Below the pieces are notes generated by a model. It had not been told where the DNA came from and did no database searches. It saw only the letters and a list, made by a program, of their open reading frames with translations. A stretch of 64,000 nucleotides of DNA from the NCBI RefSeq assembly GCF_025869515.1, contig NZ_JAOZVR010000055.1, forward strand, positions 389-64,388, in the 5' to 3' direction. Below are positions 1 to 8,443 of this stretch, piece by piece (position 1 is the stretch's first letter; every line of letters begins with the position of its first letter). The position numbers and the translations under genes were made by a program. The stretch comes from Ferrovibrio sp. (GTDB lineage Bacteria; Pseudomonadota; Alphaproteobacteria; Ferrovibrionales; Ferrovibrionaceae).

Positions 1-1156
1 CGCCCACCGAGCCGAGCAGGCGGAGCGAGGCGCGGCTGGTCTTTTTCACCGGCGCCTCGCCTTCGCGCATCAGGGCGCGGATCGCGGTGGGGGCGGTGTA
101 GAAGATATTGACCTTGTGCTTGTCGATCACCTGCCAGAAGCGCGAGGCATCCGGATAGTTCGGCACGCCCTCGAACATCAGCGTGGTGGCGCCATTGGCC
201 AGCGGGCCGTAGACGATGTAGCTGTGCCCGGTGACCCAGCCCACATCGGCTGTGCACCAGTAGATTTCACCGTCGTGATAATCGAAGACATACTGGTGCG
301 TCATCGCGGCGAAGACCAGATAGCCGCCGGTGGTGTGCAGCACGCCCTTCGGCTTGCCGGTCGAACCCGAGGTATAGAGGATGAAGAGCGGATCTTCCGC
401 GTTCATCGGCTCCGGCGCGCAGGTCGCCGGCACCTTGGCGGCCTCTTCATGGAACCACAGATCGCGGGCGGCGAGCCAGTCGACCTTGCCGCCGGTATGC
501 CTGACCACCAGCACCTTCTTCACGCCGGGGCAGCTTTTCAGCGCCGCATCGGTATTGGCCTTCAGCGGCACCGGACGGCCGCCGCGCAGGCCTTCATCGG
601 CAGTGATGACGAACTGGCTGTCGCAATCCTGGATCCGGTTGGCCAGGCTGTCCGGCGAGAACCCGCCGAACACGATGGAATGGGTGGCCCCGATGCGGGC
701 GCAGGCCAGCATGGCATAGGCCGCCGCCGGGATCATCGGCAGATAGATGGTGACACGGTCACCCTTCTTGACGCCGTTGGCCTTCATCACATTGGCCATG
801 CGGCAGACTTCGTCGTGCAGTTTCTGGTAGGTGATATGCTCCGACTTCGACGGATCGTCACCTTCCCAGATGATCGCGGTCTGGTTGGCGCGCTCGGCCA
901 GATGGCGGTCGATGCAATTGACCGAGACATTCAGCACACCGTCGGCAAACCAGCGGATATGCAGGTCCTTCTTGTCGAAGGAAACGTCCTTCACCTGGGT
1001 GAAGGGCTTGATCCAGTCGACGCGCTTGCCGTGTTCGGCCCAGAAACCGTTCGGATCCTGCATCGACCGCTCGTACATCGCCTTGTATTTGCCGGCATCG
1101 ACCCAGGCACGCTCGGCCCAGTCGGCGGCCACCGGAAACAGCTCGTTATCAGCCAT
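1..1156 (-). CDS. acs: Acetyl-CoA synthetase, 3' end truncated by the window edge
   Basis: Manual minus-strand translation from ATG at 1156: MADNELFPV...[11 protein letters not shown]...YLPMIP...HSIVFGGFS...[23 protein letters not shown]...[25 protein letters not shown]. Not in the ORF track because it runs off the edge. Confidence 0.97.
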   Translation of the reverse strand, partial: MADNELFPVAADWAERAWVDAGKYKAMYERSMQDPNGFWAEHGKRVDWIKPFTQVKDVSFDKKDLHIRWFADGVLNVSVNCIDRHLAERANQTAIIWEGDDPSKSEHITYQKLHDEVCRMANVMKANGVKKGDRVTIYLPMIPAAAYAMLACARIGATHSIVFGGFSPDSLANRIQDCDSQFVITADEGLRGGRPVPLKANTDAALKSCPGVKKVLVVRHTGGKVDWLAARDLWFHEEAAKVPATCAPEPMNAEDPLFILYTSGSTGKPKGVLHTTGGYLVFAAMTHQYVFDYHDGEIYWCTADVGWVTGHSYIVYGPLANGATTLMFEGVPNYPDASRFWQVIDKHKVNIFYTAPTAIRALMREGEAPVKKTSRASLRLLGSVG

Positions 1157-1333
1157 GTTTTTGGCTCCCTTCATGCGTTCGTCCGACCGGCCGGATCAGC
1201 CAGAATCATGACCCTGGCGTCTCCCAGCATCCCTGGCGGGCCGGCGGCGTTCCCTCAATCGGCCGCGATGATGCCCGCAACGCTGGGTAGGGACAAGGCG
1301 GGCCGCCTCGGCTTTCGACCAAAGCATAGGCCC

Positions 1334-1355
1334 GGCCAAGACTTAAGTCTTGGCC
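1334..1355. other. Perfect 22-bp palindrome GGCCAAGACTTAAGTCTTGGCC
   Basis: Read directly; lies between the MarR stop and the acs upstream region. Confidence 0.9.
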
Positions 1356-1374
1356 AAGCGCCCGAATTTCAGGA

Positions 1375-1902
1375 TCAGAGGTCGTTGGCGGCAGTGCTGC
1401 CGGCCGCCGACGGCAGGCCGGCAATGGTGGCTTCCAGCGCCTGCATCAGGCCGGTGAATTGCATGCCGAGCGCGGCCTGCGCCTCGTCCTGCGCGGCGCG
1501 CCACAGCGTTACACCGGCGCGATAGGCGGCACGGCCTTCGCGCGTGGCCCGCACCAGTTTGGCGCGGCCATGGCCGCTCGGCGCCACCTCCACCAGGCCG
1601 GCCTCGATCATCGGCTTGAGATTGCGGCTCAGCGTGCTGCGATCCAGGTCCAGCGCCGTCGCCAGTTCGGTGATGCTGGGCGGACGACCGTTCTGCTTCT
1701 CGCAGGCCCAGGCCATGCCGACCAGGCTGTATTGCGGCAGGCCGAGACCGATGGGGGCCAGCCGGCTGGTATAGAGCGCACTGGCCCGCCGCGCCGCGGC
1801 CCGCAGCTGGAAGCACAGGCAGCGTTCGCGGCCATCCGGCATCGGTGGCGGCAGGATGAAACTCTCGGCGCTGGAATTGGACGCTTGCGGGACCCGGTTC
1901 AT
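1375..1902 (-). CDS. MarR-family transcriptional regulator with a CxC motif
   Basis: CLCFQLRAAARRASALY...QYSL...SITELATALDLDRSTLSRNLKPM...G. Start at 1902 or 1842; the track ORF extending to 2427 is overlong. Confidence 0.88.
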   Translation of the reverse strand: MNRVPQASNSSAESFILPPPMPDGRERCLCFQLRAAARRASALYTSRLAPIGLGLPQYSLVGMAWACEKQNGRPPSITELATALDLDRSTLSRNLKPMIEAGLVEVAPSGHGRAKLVRATREGRAAYRAGVTLWRAAQDEAQAALGMQFTGLMQALEATIAGLPSAAGSTAANDL

Positions 1903-1904
1903 AA

Positions 1905-1918
1905 CGTGTATATACACG
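1905..1918. promoter_or_regulatory. Perfect palindrome CGTGTATATACACG, probable MarR operator
   Basis: Sits 2 bp upstream of the MarR ATG in the divergent marR/paaI region. Confidence 0.7.
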
Positions 1919-2037
1919 ATATATGGCAGCCCGGCAAGCCATCCTCCCGGTAACTCACCGGATCGCCGGTCTGCCACAACTTCCGGCCTCCCCATTTTTG
2001 CCTGCCGGCCCAGAAACGACCCGAGACAGGAGTCCCC

Positions 2038-2565
2038 ATGTCCGCCGCACCGCAGCCGTCCGTCGCACCCGCCCGCTCCGCCGATCTCCAGCCGCCGACC
2101 GGCGGCCGCTATGCGCCGGTGCCGCTGGAGACCCTGCGCGAGCTGGAGGGCATCGAGCTGTTCCGCAAGCTCATGAGCGGCGAACTGCCCGGCGCGCCGA
2201 TCGCCGAACTGATGAAGATGTGGATTCATGAGGCCGAACCCGGCCGCATCGTCTTTGCCGGTCGGCCCGACCTGACGCATTACAATCCGATCGGCAGTGT
2301 GCATGGCGGCTATGCCGGCACCATGCTGGACAGCTGCATGTCCTGCGCCGTGCAGTCGATGCTGCCCAGGGGCATGGGTTACACCACGCTGGAATACAAG
2401 GTCAGTCTGGTGCGGGCGATCACGCACAAGACCGGCACGGTCTATGCCGAGGGCAACGCGATCCAGGTCGGCAGCCGCGTCGGCACCGCCGAGGGCCGCA
2501 TCGTCGATGCCAACGGCAAGATTCTCGCCACCGGCACCACCACCTGCCTGATCTTCCCCATCTAG
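2038..2565 (+). CDS. PaaI-family (hotdog fold) thioesterase
   Basis: HYNPIGSVHGGYAGTMLDSCMSCAV...TTLEYKVSLVR; SD-like AGGAG upstream. Confidence 0.92.
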   Translation: MSAAPQPSVAPARSADLQPPTGGRYAPVPLETLRELEGIELFRKLMSGELPGAPIAELMKMWIHEAEPGRIVFAGRPDLTHYNPIGSVHGGYAGTMLDSCMSCAVQSMLPRGMGYTTLEYKVSLVRAITHKTGTVYAEGNAIQVGSRVGTAEGRIVDANGKILATGTTTCLIFPI

Positions 2566-2582
2566 CCTATCGATCTGGCGCC

Positions 2583-2810
2583 TCAGCGACGCCAGGCCGG
2601 TTTACGCAACTCATTCCAGACATCGGCGCGCGTGAGGCCGAGATCCTTGAGCGTGGCGTCGCTCAGTTCGGCAAGCTGCCCGCGCTCACGCCGCATCCGC
2701 TGCGACGCGACCACCTGCAGGACAAGGGTCGTCAACAGATGGCGCGGCTTCTGCAGCGGGTCTGCGGGTGCGCTGTGGCTGCGCGAACCGGCAATCAGGG
2801 TCTGAGGCAT
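2583..2810 (-). CDS. DUF1127 (YjiS-like) small protein
   Basis: RRERGQLAELSDATLKDLGLTRADVWNELRKPAWR signature; GGAG SD upstream. Confidence 0.9.
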   Translation of the reverse strand: MPQTLIAGSRSHSAPADPLQKPRHLLTTLVLQVVASQRMRRERGQLAELSDATLKDLGLTRADVWNELRKPAWRR

Positions 2811-2890
2811 GGCGAGACTCCTTTTTTATTGTTCCGTCCTGCAAACCTATCCGGCTGCGATGACGTGAACATGACCATAGGCCATGACAC

Positions 2891-2905
2891 TGACATCTGA
2901 TGTCA
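2891..2905. promoter_or_regulatory. 7-1-7 inverted repeat TGACATC-T-GATGTCA, candidate operator
   Basis: Read directly in the divergent DUF1127/ArsR intergenic region. Confidence 0.5.
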
Positions 2906-3006
2906 CCAGTAACGGCAGCGTTCCGTCTGCACATCGCGCCGATGCTTCGTCCGGGACCGTAGTGTTGCAGATGGACGACAGCTGACGCTGCACCTAGAGT
3001 CGCGCC

Positions 3007-3756
3007 ATGAGCAGCAACGACCCCCATGTGGCGAAAATCGCGGCCCTGATCGGCGATCCGGCGCGTGCCAATATCCTGAAGGCGCTGATGGATGGCCGCG
3101 CCCGCACCGCCAAGGAGCTGGCGCATATCGCCGGCGTCTCGCCGCAGACCACCAGCGGCCATCTCGCCAAGCTGTCGGAAGGCGGGCTGCTCGGTCTGGC
3201 GAAACAGGGTCGTCACCGTTACTACCATCTTGCCAATGCGCAGGTGGCAGTCGCCATTGAAAGCCTGATGGCGCTGGCCGGCGAACGCCCGCTGCCGAAG
3301 CACCATCACCATACCCGCGTAGCCGGCGCGCTGCGCGCGGCGCGCACCTGCTACGACCATATCGCCGGCAGGCTCGGCGTCTGCCTGTTCGACCAGCTGG
3401 TGGCGCGCGGCTGCCTGCTGCCGGCCGGCCAGTCGGAAGAGGATTTCGTGGTCACGTCTGCAGGCCGGCGGCTCTTTGCCGCCCTGCAAATCGATGTGGA
3501 TGCGCTCGCCCGGGGCAAACCCGGTGGAGGCAAACGCCGCTTCGCCCGTGCCTGCCTGGACTGGAGCGAACGCAGCCCGCATCTGGCCGGCAGCCTGGGC
3601 GCGGCACTGGCCGAACGCTGCTTCGACCTGGGCTGGCTGGAGCGGCGGCGCGACAGCCGCGCCGTGACGCTGACCGGGGCCGGCGCGGCCGGCCTGGCGC
3701 GGCATTTCGACCTGACGCCCGACCAGATCGCAGCCGCCATGGCCGAGACGCACTGA
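3007..3756 (+). CDS. ArsR/SmtB-family regulator, long YdfF-like type
   Basis: IAALIGDPARANILKALMDG...GVSPQTTSGHLAKL...QGRHRYY...ARTCYDHIAGRLG...CLDWSER. Confidence 0.9.
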   Translation: MSSNDPHVAKIAALIGDPARANILKALMDGRARTAKELAHIAGVSPQTTSGHLAKLSEGGLLGLAKQGRHRYYHLANAQVAVAIESLMALAGERPLPKHHHHTRVAGALRAARTCYDHIAGRLGVCLFDQLVARGCLLPAGQSEEDFVVTSAGRRLFAALQIDVDALARGKPGGGKRRFARACLDWSERSPHLAGSLGAALAERCFDLGWLERRRDSRAVTLTGAGAAGLARHFDLTPDQIAAAMAETH

Positions 3757-3822
3757 CCGCTGGCCGGACCGGGCGCGGCCCTGTTGTCACCGCCGGCGCC
3801 CTTGGCTATCTTCCGGCTGCGG

Positions 3823-3896
3823 GCGGGTGTAGCTCAATGGCAGAGCAGAAGCTTCCCAAGCTTACGACGGGGGTTCGATTCCCCTCACCCGCTCCA
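3823..3896 (+). tRNA. tRNA-Gly(CCC)
   Basis: GCGGGTG/CACCCGC acceptor stem, TAGCTCAATGG D-arm, CTTCCCAAG anticodon loop, GGTTCGATTCC T-arm, encoded CCA; 74 nt. Confidence 0.97.
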
Positions 3897-3913
3897 GCTT
3901 CCCGACCAATGCG

Positions 3914-5710
3914 CTAGCGCCCGACCGCGATGCCCTCGCGGCGCGGATCGGCACCGCCGATCAGGCTGCCGTCGCCGCGCAACTCGATGCCCTGCAGGCC
4001 GCTGTTCAGCTCCAGTACGCTCACCCTGTGGCCCCGCGCCCGCATCGTTTCAGCCAGGCCGGCGGCGGCGGTATCCTGCTCCAGTTCCAGCCCGGTATTG
4101 CGGTCGAGCACATGCGGCAGGCTGATCGCCTGCTGGATATCCAGGTTCCAGTCCAGCACGCCGATGATGCTCTGCGCCACATAGCCGAGGATGCGGCTGC
4201 CGCCGGGCGAGCCGATCACGAGGCGCAGGCTGCCATCGCCGTTGAACACCACAGTCGGCGCCATCGAGCTGCGCGGGCGTTTGCCGGGTTCGATACGATT
4301 GGCAACAGCACGACCATTCTCTTCGGCCTCGGACGAGAAATCCGTCAGTTGGTTGTTGAGCAGGAAACCGTGGGTCATCTGCTTCGCGCCGAAGACATTT
4401 TCGATCGTCACTGTCATCGCCACGGCGTTGCGTTGCGCATCCACCACCGAGACATGCGTGGTGGAGGGCAGTTCGACGGCACTGTCATGGCCGGGATGCG
4501 GCAGGGCGCCGTGCTTGGTCGGCGGCTCGCCCGCTGCTGCCGGCTGGGCGCTGCCGCGCGCGGGATCGACCAGCCGGGCACGGCCGGCAAGATAGCCACG
4601 GTCGATCAGGCCGCTGAGCGGTATCTGCACATGATCGGGATCGGCCACGTAAAAATCGCGGTCGGCATAGCCGAGCCGTTCGGCCTGGGCAATCAGATGC
4701 ACGGCCTCCGGTGACAGCGGCGCATATTGCGCGATCTCGTAATGTGCCAGGATGCCGAGCGCCTGCAGCATGTTCACGGCGGAGGATGGCGGCGGCATGG
4801 AGCAGATGCGATAGGCGCGATACGGCGCACAGACCGGATCGCGTTCCGTGGCGCGATAATCGGCCAGGTCTTGCAGCGTCATCGCGCCGGGATTGCCGGG
4901 CGCATGGCGCACCGTGGCGACAATATCGGCCGCGATGGCGCCGGTATAGAAGGCACTGGCACCTTCGCTGGCGATGCGCCGCAAGGCTGCCGCCAGCGGC
5001 GCATTGACCAGCAGGCTGCCGACCGCTTTCGGCACTCCACCTTCGGTATAGAACAATGCGCGCGCCTGCGGCACCTGGCGCAGATGCTGGTCGCGATCAA
5101 GCAGCGCATGCAGCCGCGGCGAAACCGCGAAGCCGGCCTCGGCCAGCCGGATCGCCGGCTGGAACAGCGCACCCCAGGGCAGCCGGCCGTATTCGGCATG
5201 CGCCAGTTCGAACATGCGCAGCATGCCGGGCACACCGACCGAGGCGCCGCCGACCACGGCTTCCATGAAGCTCTTTTTCTGGCCGGCCGCATTGTAGAAC
5301 AGCAGCCGGTCGACTCCTGCCGGTGCGGTTTCGCGCCCGTCGAAAGCACGCAGTGTCTGCCGCGCATTGTCCCAGACCAGCATGAAGCCGCCGCCGCCGA
5401 TGCCGGCCGATTGCGGTTCCACCAGATTGAGCACCAGTGCCGTGGCAATGGCGGCATCCACTGCGGAGCCGCCCTGCGCCATGATCTGCGCGCCGGCTTC
5501 GGCGGCATGGGGATTGGCCGCAGCCGCCATATACCGGCTGGTCCGTACAGCCGCCTTCTCGCTGCGGCCGGTGGCCGATTCAGGTGCAATGCTTTCGAAA
5601 TTCGGCCCGGATTGCAGCCTGGGCTGCGCCCATGTCGGCGCGGCAATCAGCAGCAGAAAAACTGCGACAATATCCCTGGTCCGGCCGATACCACTCACTG
5701 CCATGATCAA
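3914..5710 (-). CDS. ggt: Gamma-glutamyltransferase, probably secreted
   Basis: Signal-like N-terminus, GGSAVDAAIA, EPQSAGIGGGGF, catalytic TTHVSVVD, LLNNQLTDF, PGKRPRSSMAP, GSPGGSRI, GADPRREG. Confidence 0.95.
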   Translation of the reverse strand: MIMAVSGIGRTRDIVAVFLLLIAAPTWAQPRLQSGPNFESIAPESATGRSEKAAVRTSRYMAAAANPHAAEAGAQIMAQGGSAVDAAIATALVLNLVEPQSAGIGGGGFMLVWDNARQTLRAFDGRETAPAGVDRLLFYNAAGQKKSFMEAVVGGASVGVPGMLRMFELAHAEYGRLPWGALFQPAIRLAEAGFAVSPRLHALLDRDQHLRQVPQARALFYTEGGVPKAVGSLLVNAPLAAALRRIASEGASAFYTGAIAADIVATVRHAPGNPGAMTLQDLADYRATERDPVCAPYRAYRICSMPPPSSAVNMLQALGILAHYEIAQYAPLSPEAVHLIAQAERLGYADRDFYVADPDHVQIPLSGLIDRGYLAGRARLVDPARGSAQPAAAGEPPTKHGALPHPGHDSAVELPSTTHVSVVDAQRNAVAMTVTIENVFGAKQMTHGFLLNNQLTDFSSEAEENGRAVANRIEPGKRPRSSMAPTVVFNGDGSLRLVIGSPGGSRILGYVAQSIIGVLDWNLDIQQAISLPHVLDRNTGLELEQDTAAAGLAETMRARGHRVSVLELNSGLQGIELRGDGSLIGGADPRREGIAVGR

Positions 5711-6029
5711 AATCTCCAGCTGGGAGATGCAAAGTCAGGGCGCGGATGACGCCTTGTCAAAGCCTTTGGCTGCACCGCGCCGACAGGGCCCTGCACGCCA
5801 CGGGATTCATATCGGCGGCGCCATCAACCCATGCGACATTCAAGACTATATCGTCTGTCTGCGGAAGGCTGGTCAACCACTCATGCGACCTTGATTTTAT
5901 TGCATTTTTCACGTCCCCGACAAAAGCCATAGCGTTATCGGAAAGTAAGGCGCCGAGCCGCGGGCTGTGATGTAGCGTCCGCCTCAGCCGCCGTCGCAGC
6001 CACGCTGCCGCAGCTCAAGACGAGATGCC

Positions 6030-7250
6030 ATGACCGTTCCAGCCGCCCTGCCTGCCCATGAAAACCAGCGCCTTGCGGCTCTGCGCGACTATAGCATTCT
6101 CGACACCGCCGCCGATGAACGATTCGATCGCATCACGGAGCTGGCCGCCGATCTGTTCGACGTGCCGATTGCGCTGGTCACGCTGGTCGATTCCGAACGG
6201 CAATGGTTCAAGTCCAGCCATGGCCTGCCGGTGCGCGAAACCCCGCGCGACATCGCCTTCTGCGCCCATGCCATCCTTGATGACGCACCCTTCGTTGTCG
6301 AGAACGCCCTCGACCATCCGTTGTTTCGCAAAAATCCGCTGGTGTGCAATGCGCCCCATATCCGCTTTTACGCCGGCATTCCGCTGACCGACCACGACGG
6401 CCATCGCCTGGGCTCCCTTTGCATACTCGACCACCGGTCGCGCCGCATCTCGGCCGATGATGTGCTGCGCCTGCGCAGGCTGGCCGCCATCACCGTGGAT
6501 GAACTGGAACTGCACAAGGCGCAAATCCAGGCCGAGCGGCTCGCCACCGCCCAGGTCGCCGCCAACCAGCTGAAGAGAAAATTCCTCAGCTCCATGAGCC
6601 ACGAATTCCGCACGCCGCTCAACGCCATCCTCGGCTTTTCACAGATTCTGGAAATGAACCCGGGCGGCAAGTTCACCCGGGACGATCTGGGGTATGTCGA
6701 TGCGATCAAGACTGCGGGCCAGACGCTGCTCCATCTTACCGATGGCATGCTGACCATGGCGCAGCTTGAGGCCGGGGCCGTCCCCTTCGACATCGAACCG
6801 GTTCAGGCTCAGGACGTGATCAGCGAGGCCTTCCAGTTACATCTGCCGGCCGCCAGGCTGAACCAGGTGACCTTGACCCGCCAGCTCTGCGAACAGCCGC
6901 TCACCTTGCGGGCCGACTATACTCAGCTGTTACGCATTGTCGGCAATTTCATCAGCAATGCCTTCAAGTTCACCGCCGCCGGCGGCCGCATCACGCTGGG
7001 CTGCGCCTGCGATGCCAACCGGCAGGTCACGCTCTATGTCCAGGACACCGGCTGCGGCATTCCGGCCGAGCGCCAGCACGATGCCTTCCAGAGCTTCAAT
7101 CGTCTGGGCCGCGAAGGCAGCGCCGTTGCCGGCCTCGGACTCGGCCTGGCGATTGCCCGGCGCCTGACCCATGCGATGAACGGCGAGATCGGTTTTGAAA
7201 GCGAAGAACAGGTCGGCAGCCGTTTCTGGATCCGTCTGCCGGCGGCCTGA
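6030..7250 (+). CDS. Cytoplasmic GAF-domain sensor histidine kinase
   Basis: ENQRLAAL...ILDT...FCAH...IRFYAG GAF; SHEFRTPLN H-box; N, G1 (DTGCGI) and G2 (GLGL) boxes. Confidence 0.92.
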   Translation: MTVPAALPAHENQRLAALRDYSILDTAADERFDRITELAADLFDVPIALVTLVDSERQWFKSSHGLPVRETPRDIAFCAHAILDDAPFVVENALDHPLFRKNPLVCNAPHIRFYAGIPLTDHDGHRLGSLCILDHRSRRISADDVLRLRRLAAITVDELELHKAQIQAERLATAQVAANQLKRKFLSSMSHEFRTPLNAILGFSQILEMNPGGKFTRDDLGYVDAIKTAGQTLLHLTDGMLTMAQLEAGAVPFDIEPVQAQDVISEAFQLHLPAARLNQVTLTRQLCEQPLTLRADYTQLLRIVGNFISNAFKFTAAGGRITLGCACDANRQVTLYVQDTGCGIPAERQHDAFQSFNRLGREGSAVAGLGLGLAIARRLTHAMNGEIGFESEEQVGSRFWIRLPAA

Positions 7251-7259
7251 TTGTGCCGA

Positions 7260-7409
7260 TTACTGCTGAATCTGCTGCTGTGCCTGCTCCTGCTGGCGCT
7301 GGGCATGGGGATTGCCCCCCTGCTCGGGCCTGGGCGGCAGGCCGGGACGGGCAGCGGGCACATGCTCCGGGAGGACCTCCGGCCGGGCCGGAATAGTCTG
7401 GTTCTGCAT
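7260..7409 (-). CDS. Unannotated 49-aa Pro/Gln-rich small protein
   Basis: MQNQTIPARPEVLPEHVPAARPGLPPRPEQGGNPHAQRQQEQAQQQIQQ*; AGGAGG SD just upstream of the ATG; preceded by a GGAAC-N16-GGTT promoter match. Below the 60-aa cutoff of the track. Confidence 0.6.
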   Translation of the reverse strand: MQNQTIPARPEVLPEHVPAARPGLPPRPEQGGNPHAQRQQEQAQQQIQQ

Positions 7410-7441
7410 GGCGCCCTCCTGAATGACCTGGCTGGCGAGTC

Positions 7442-7466
7442 AACCCGGCGGAACCATATGCGTTCC
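7442..7466 (-). promoter_or_regulatory. Sigma-EcfG-type promoter for the 49-aa ORF
   Basis: Minus strand GGAAC (7466-7462), N16, GGTT (7445-7442). Confidence 0.6.
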
Positions 7467-7490
7467 CTCGCCCTGGCGAAAAATCCGGCA

Positions 7491-7515
7491 GGAACCCTGC
7501 CCCGCGGCTTCCGTT
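7491..7515 (+). promoter_or_regulatory. Sigma-EcfG-type promoter for ku
   Basis: GGAAC (7491-7495), N16, CGTT (7512-7515); exact consensus match. Confidence 0.8.
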
Positions 7516-7552
7516 CGACTCTGTCGCTGTCATTTTTGCGCGGAGATTCGCC

Positions 7553-8443
7553 ATGCAACGCCCGAGCTGGGAAGGCCATCTGAAACTCTCGCTGGTGTCC
7601 TGCCCGGTGGCACTGTTCAGTGCCACGACACGTGGCAATGACGTGTCCTTCCACCTGATCCACAAGAAGACGCATAGCCGCATCCGCATGGTGCCGCATG
7701 ACCCCAAGCTGGGCGCGATGAAGCGCACCGACCTGCAGCGCGGTTTTGATGTCGGCAAGAACCGCTATGTCATCCTGAGCAAGGCCGAGATTGAGGCTGC
7801 CCGCATCGAATCGACCAAGAATATCGACATCGAAAGTTTTGTCGAAATGAACGCGATCGACCGGGTCTACTGGGACCAGCCTTATTACGTCGCCCCCAAC
7901 GGCAGGAATGCGATGGAGGCCTATGCAATCATCCGCGAGGCGATGGAAAAGACTCAGCGTATCGCCATCGGACGCGTGGTGATGCATACGCGAGAGCGTG
8001 TCGTGGCCGTGGAGCCGCGCGGCCGTGGCCTGCTGCTCACCACATTGCGCAGTCATGACGAAATCCGCGAGGAAGACAGCATTTTCCGCGGCATTCCGGC
8101 GCGCAAGCCGGACCGCAAGATGCTGGCCATCGCCGAGAAGATCATCGACCAGCAGGCCGAGGCCTTCGATCCGGCCGACTTCACCGACCGCTATGAAGAT
8201 GCCCTGCGCAAGATCATCCGGCGCAAGCAGAAGGGCCAGAAGATCACGGCGAAACCAGTGGACGAGGACAAGGCCGAGGATAGCGACCTGCTGGCCGCGC
8301 TGCGCCGCAGCCTGAAAGGCGGCGGCGATACGGGCGGCAAGAAGACCACGCGCCGCAAGACCGCACGCCGCAAGACCGCGTCGCCGCGCGCCAGAACACG
8401 CGCCAAGGCGAAACGTCCTACACGCCGGCGCGCCGCAGCATAG
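7553..8443 (+). CDS. ku: Non-homologous end joining protein Ku
   Basis: WEGHLKLSLVSCPVALFSAT...IDRVYWDQPYYVAP...FDPADFTDRYEDAL; basic C-terminal tail. Confidence 0.96.
   Translation: MQRPSWEGHLKLSLVSCPVALFSATTRGNDVSFHLIHKKTHSRIRMVPHDPKLGAMKRTDLQRGFDVGKNRYVILSKAEIEAARIESTKNIDIESFVEMNAIDRVYWDQPYYVAPNGRNAMEAYAIIREAMEKTQRIAIGRVVMHTRERVVAVEPRGRGLLLTTLRSHDEIREEDSIFRGIPARKPDRKMLAIAEKIIDQQAEAFDPADFTDRYEDALRKIIRRKQKGQKITAKPVDEDKAEDSDLLAALRRSLKGGGDTGGKKTTRRKTARRKTASPRARTRAKAKRPTRRRAAA

Noticed and set aside
2566-2582. CcsR-type CCUCCUCCC sRNA cluster downstream of the DUF1127 gene
   Set aside because: Only 17 bp separate it from the convergent thioesterase and the motif is absent.
3881-3896. tRNA-Gly 3' end as an integration site; CCCCTCACCC is shared with 57627-57636
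   Set aside because: Only 10 bp match, explained by the palindromic repeat; no integrase and no longer att-like duplication in the window.
3914-5710. ggt as the purine-pathway oxamate amidohydrolase HpxW
   Set aside because: It has a signal peptide and classical GGT motifs and lies more than 30 kb from the purine cluster.
5711-6029. A/T-richer ggt/kinase intergenic region and the 74-aa ORF at 5746-5970
   Set aside because: No SD, motif or repeat structure that I can support.
7251-7583. Plus-strand 110-aa ORF with a Leu-rich, signal-like start
   Set aside because: The Leu run is the antisense image of the CAG (Gln) codons of the minus-strand 49-aa ORF, which has the SD and promoter; it also overlaps ku.
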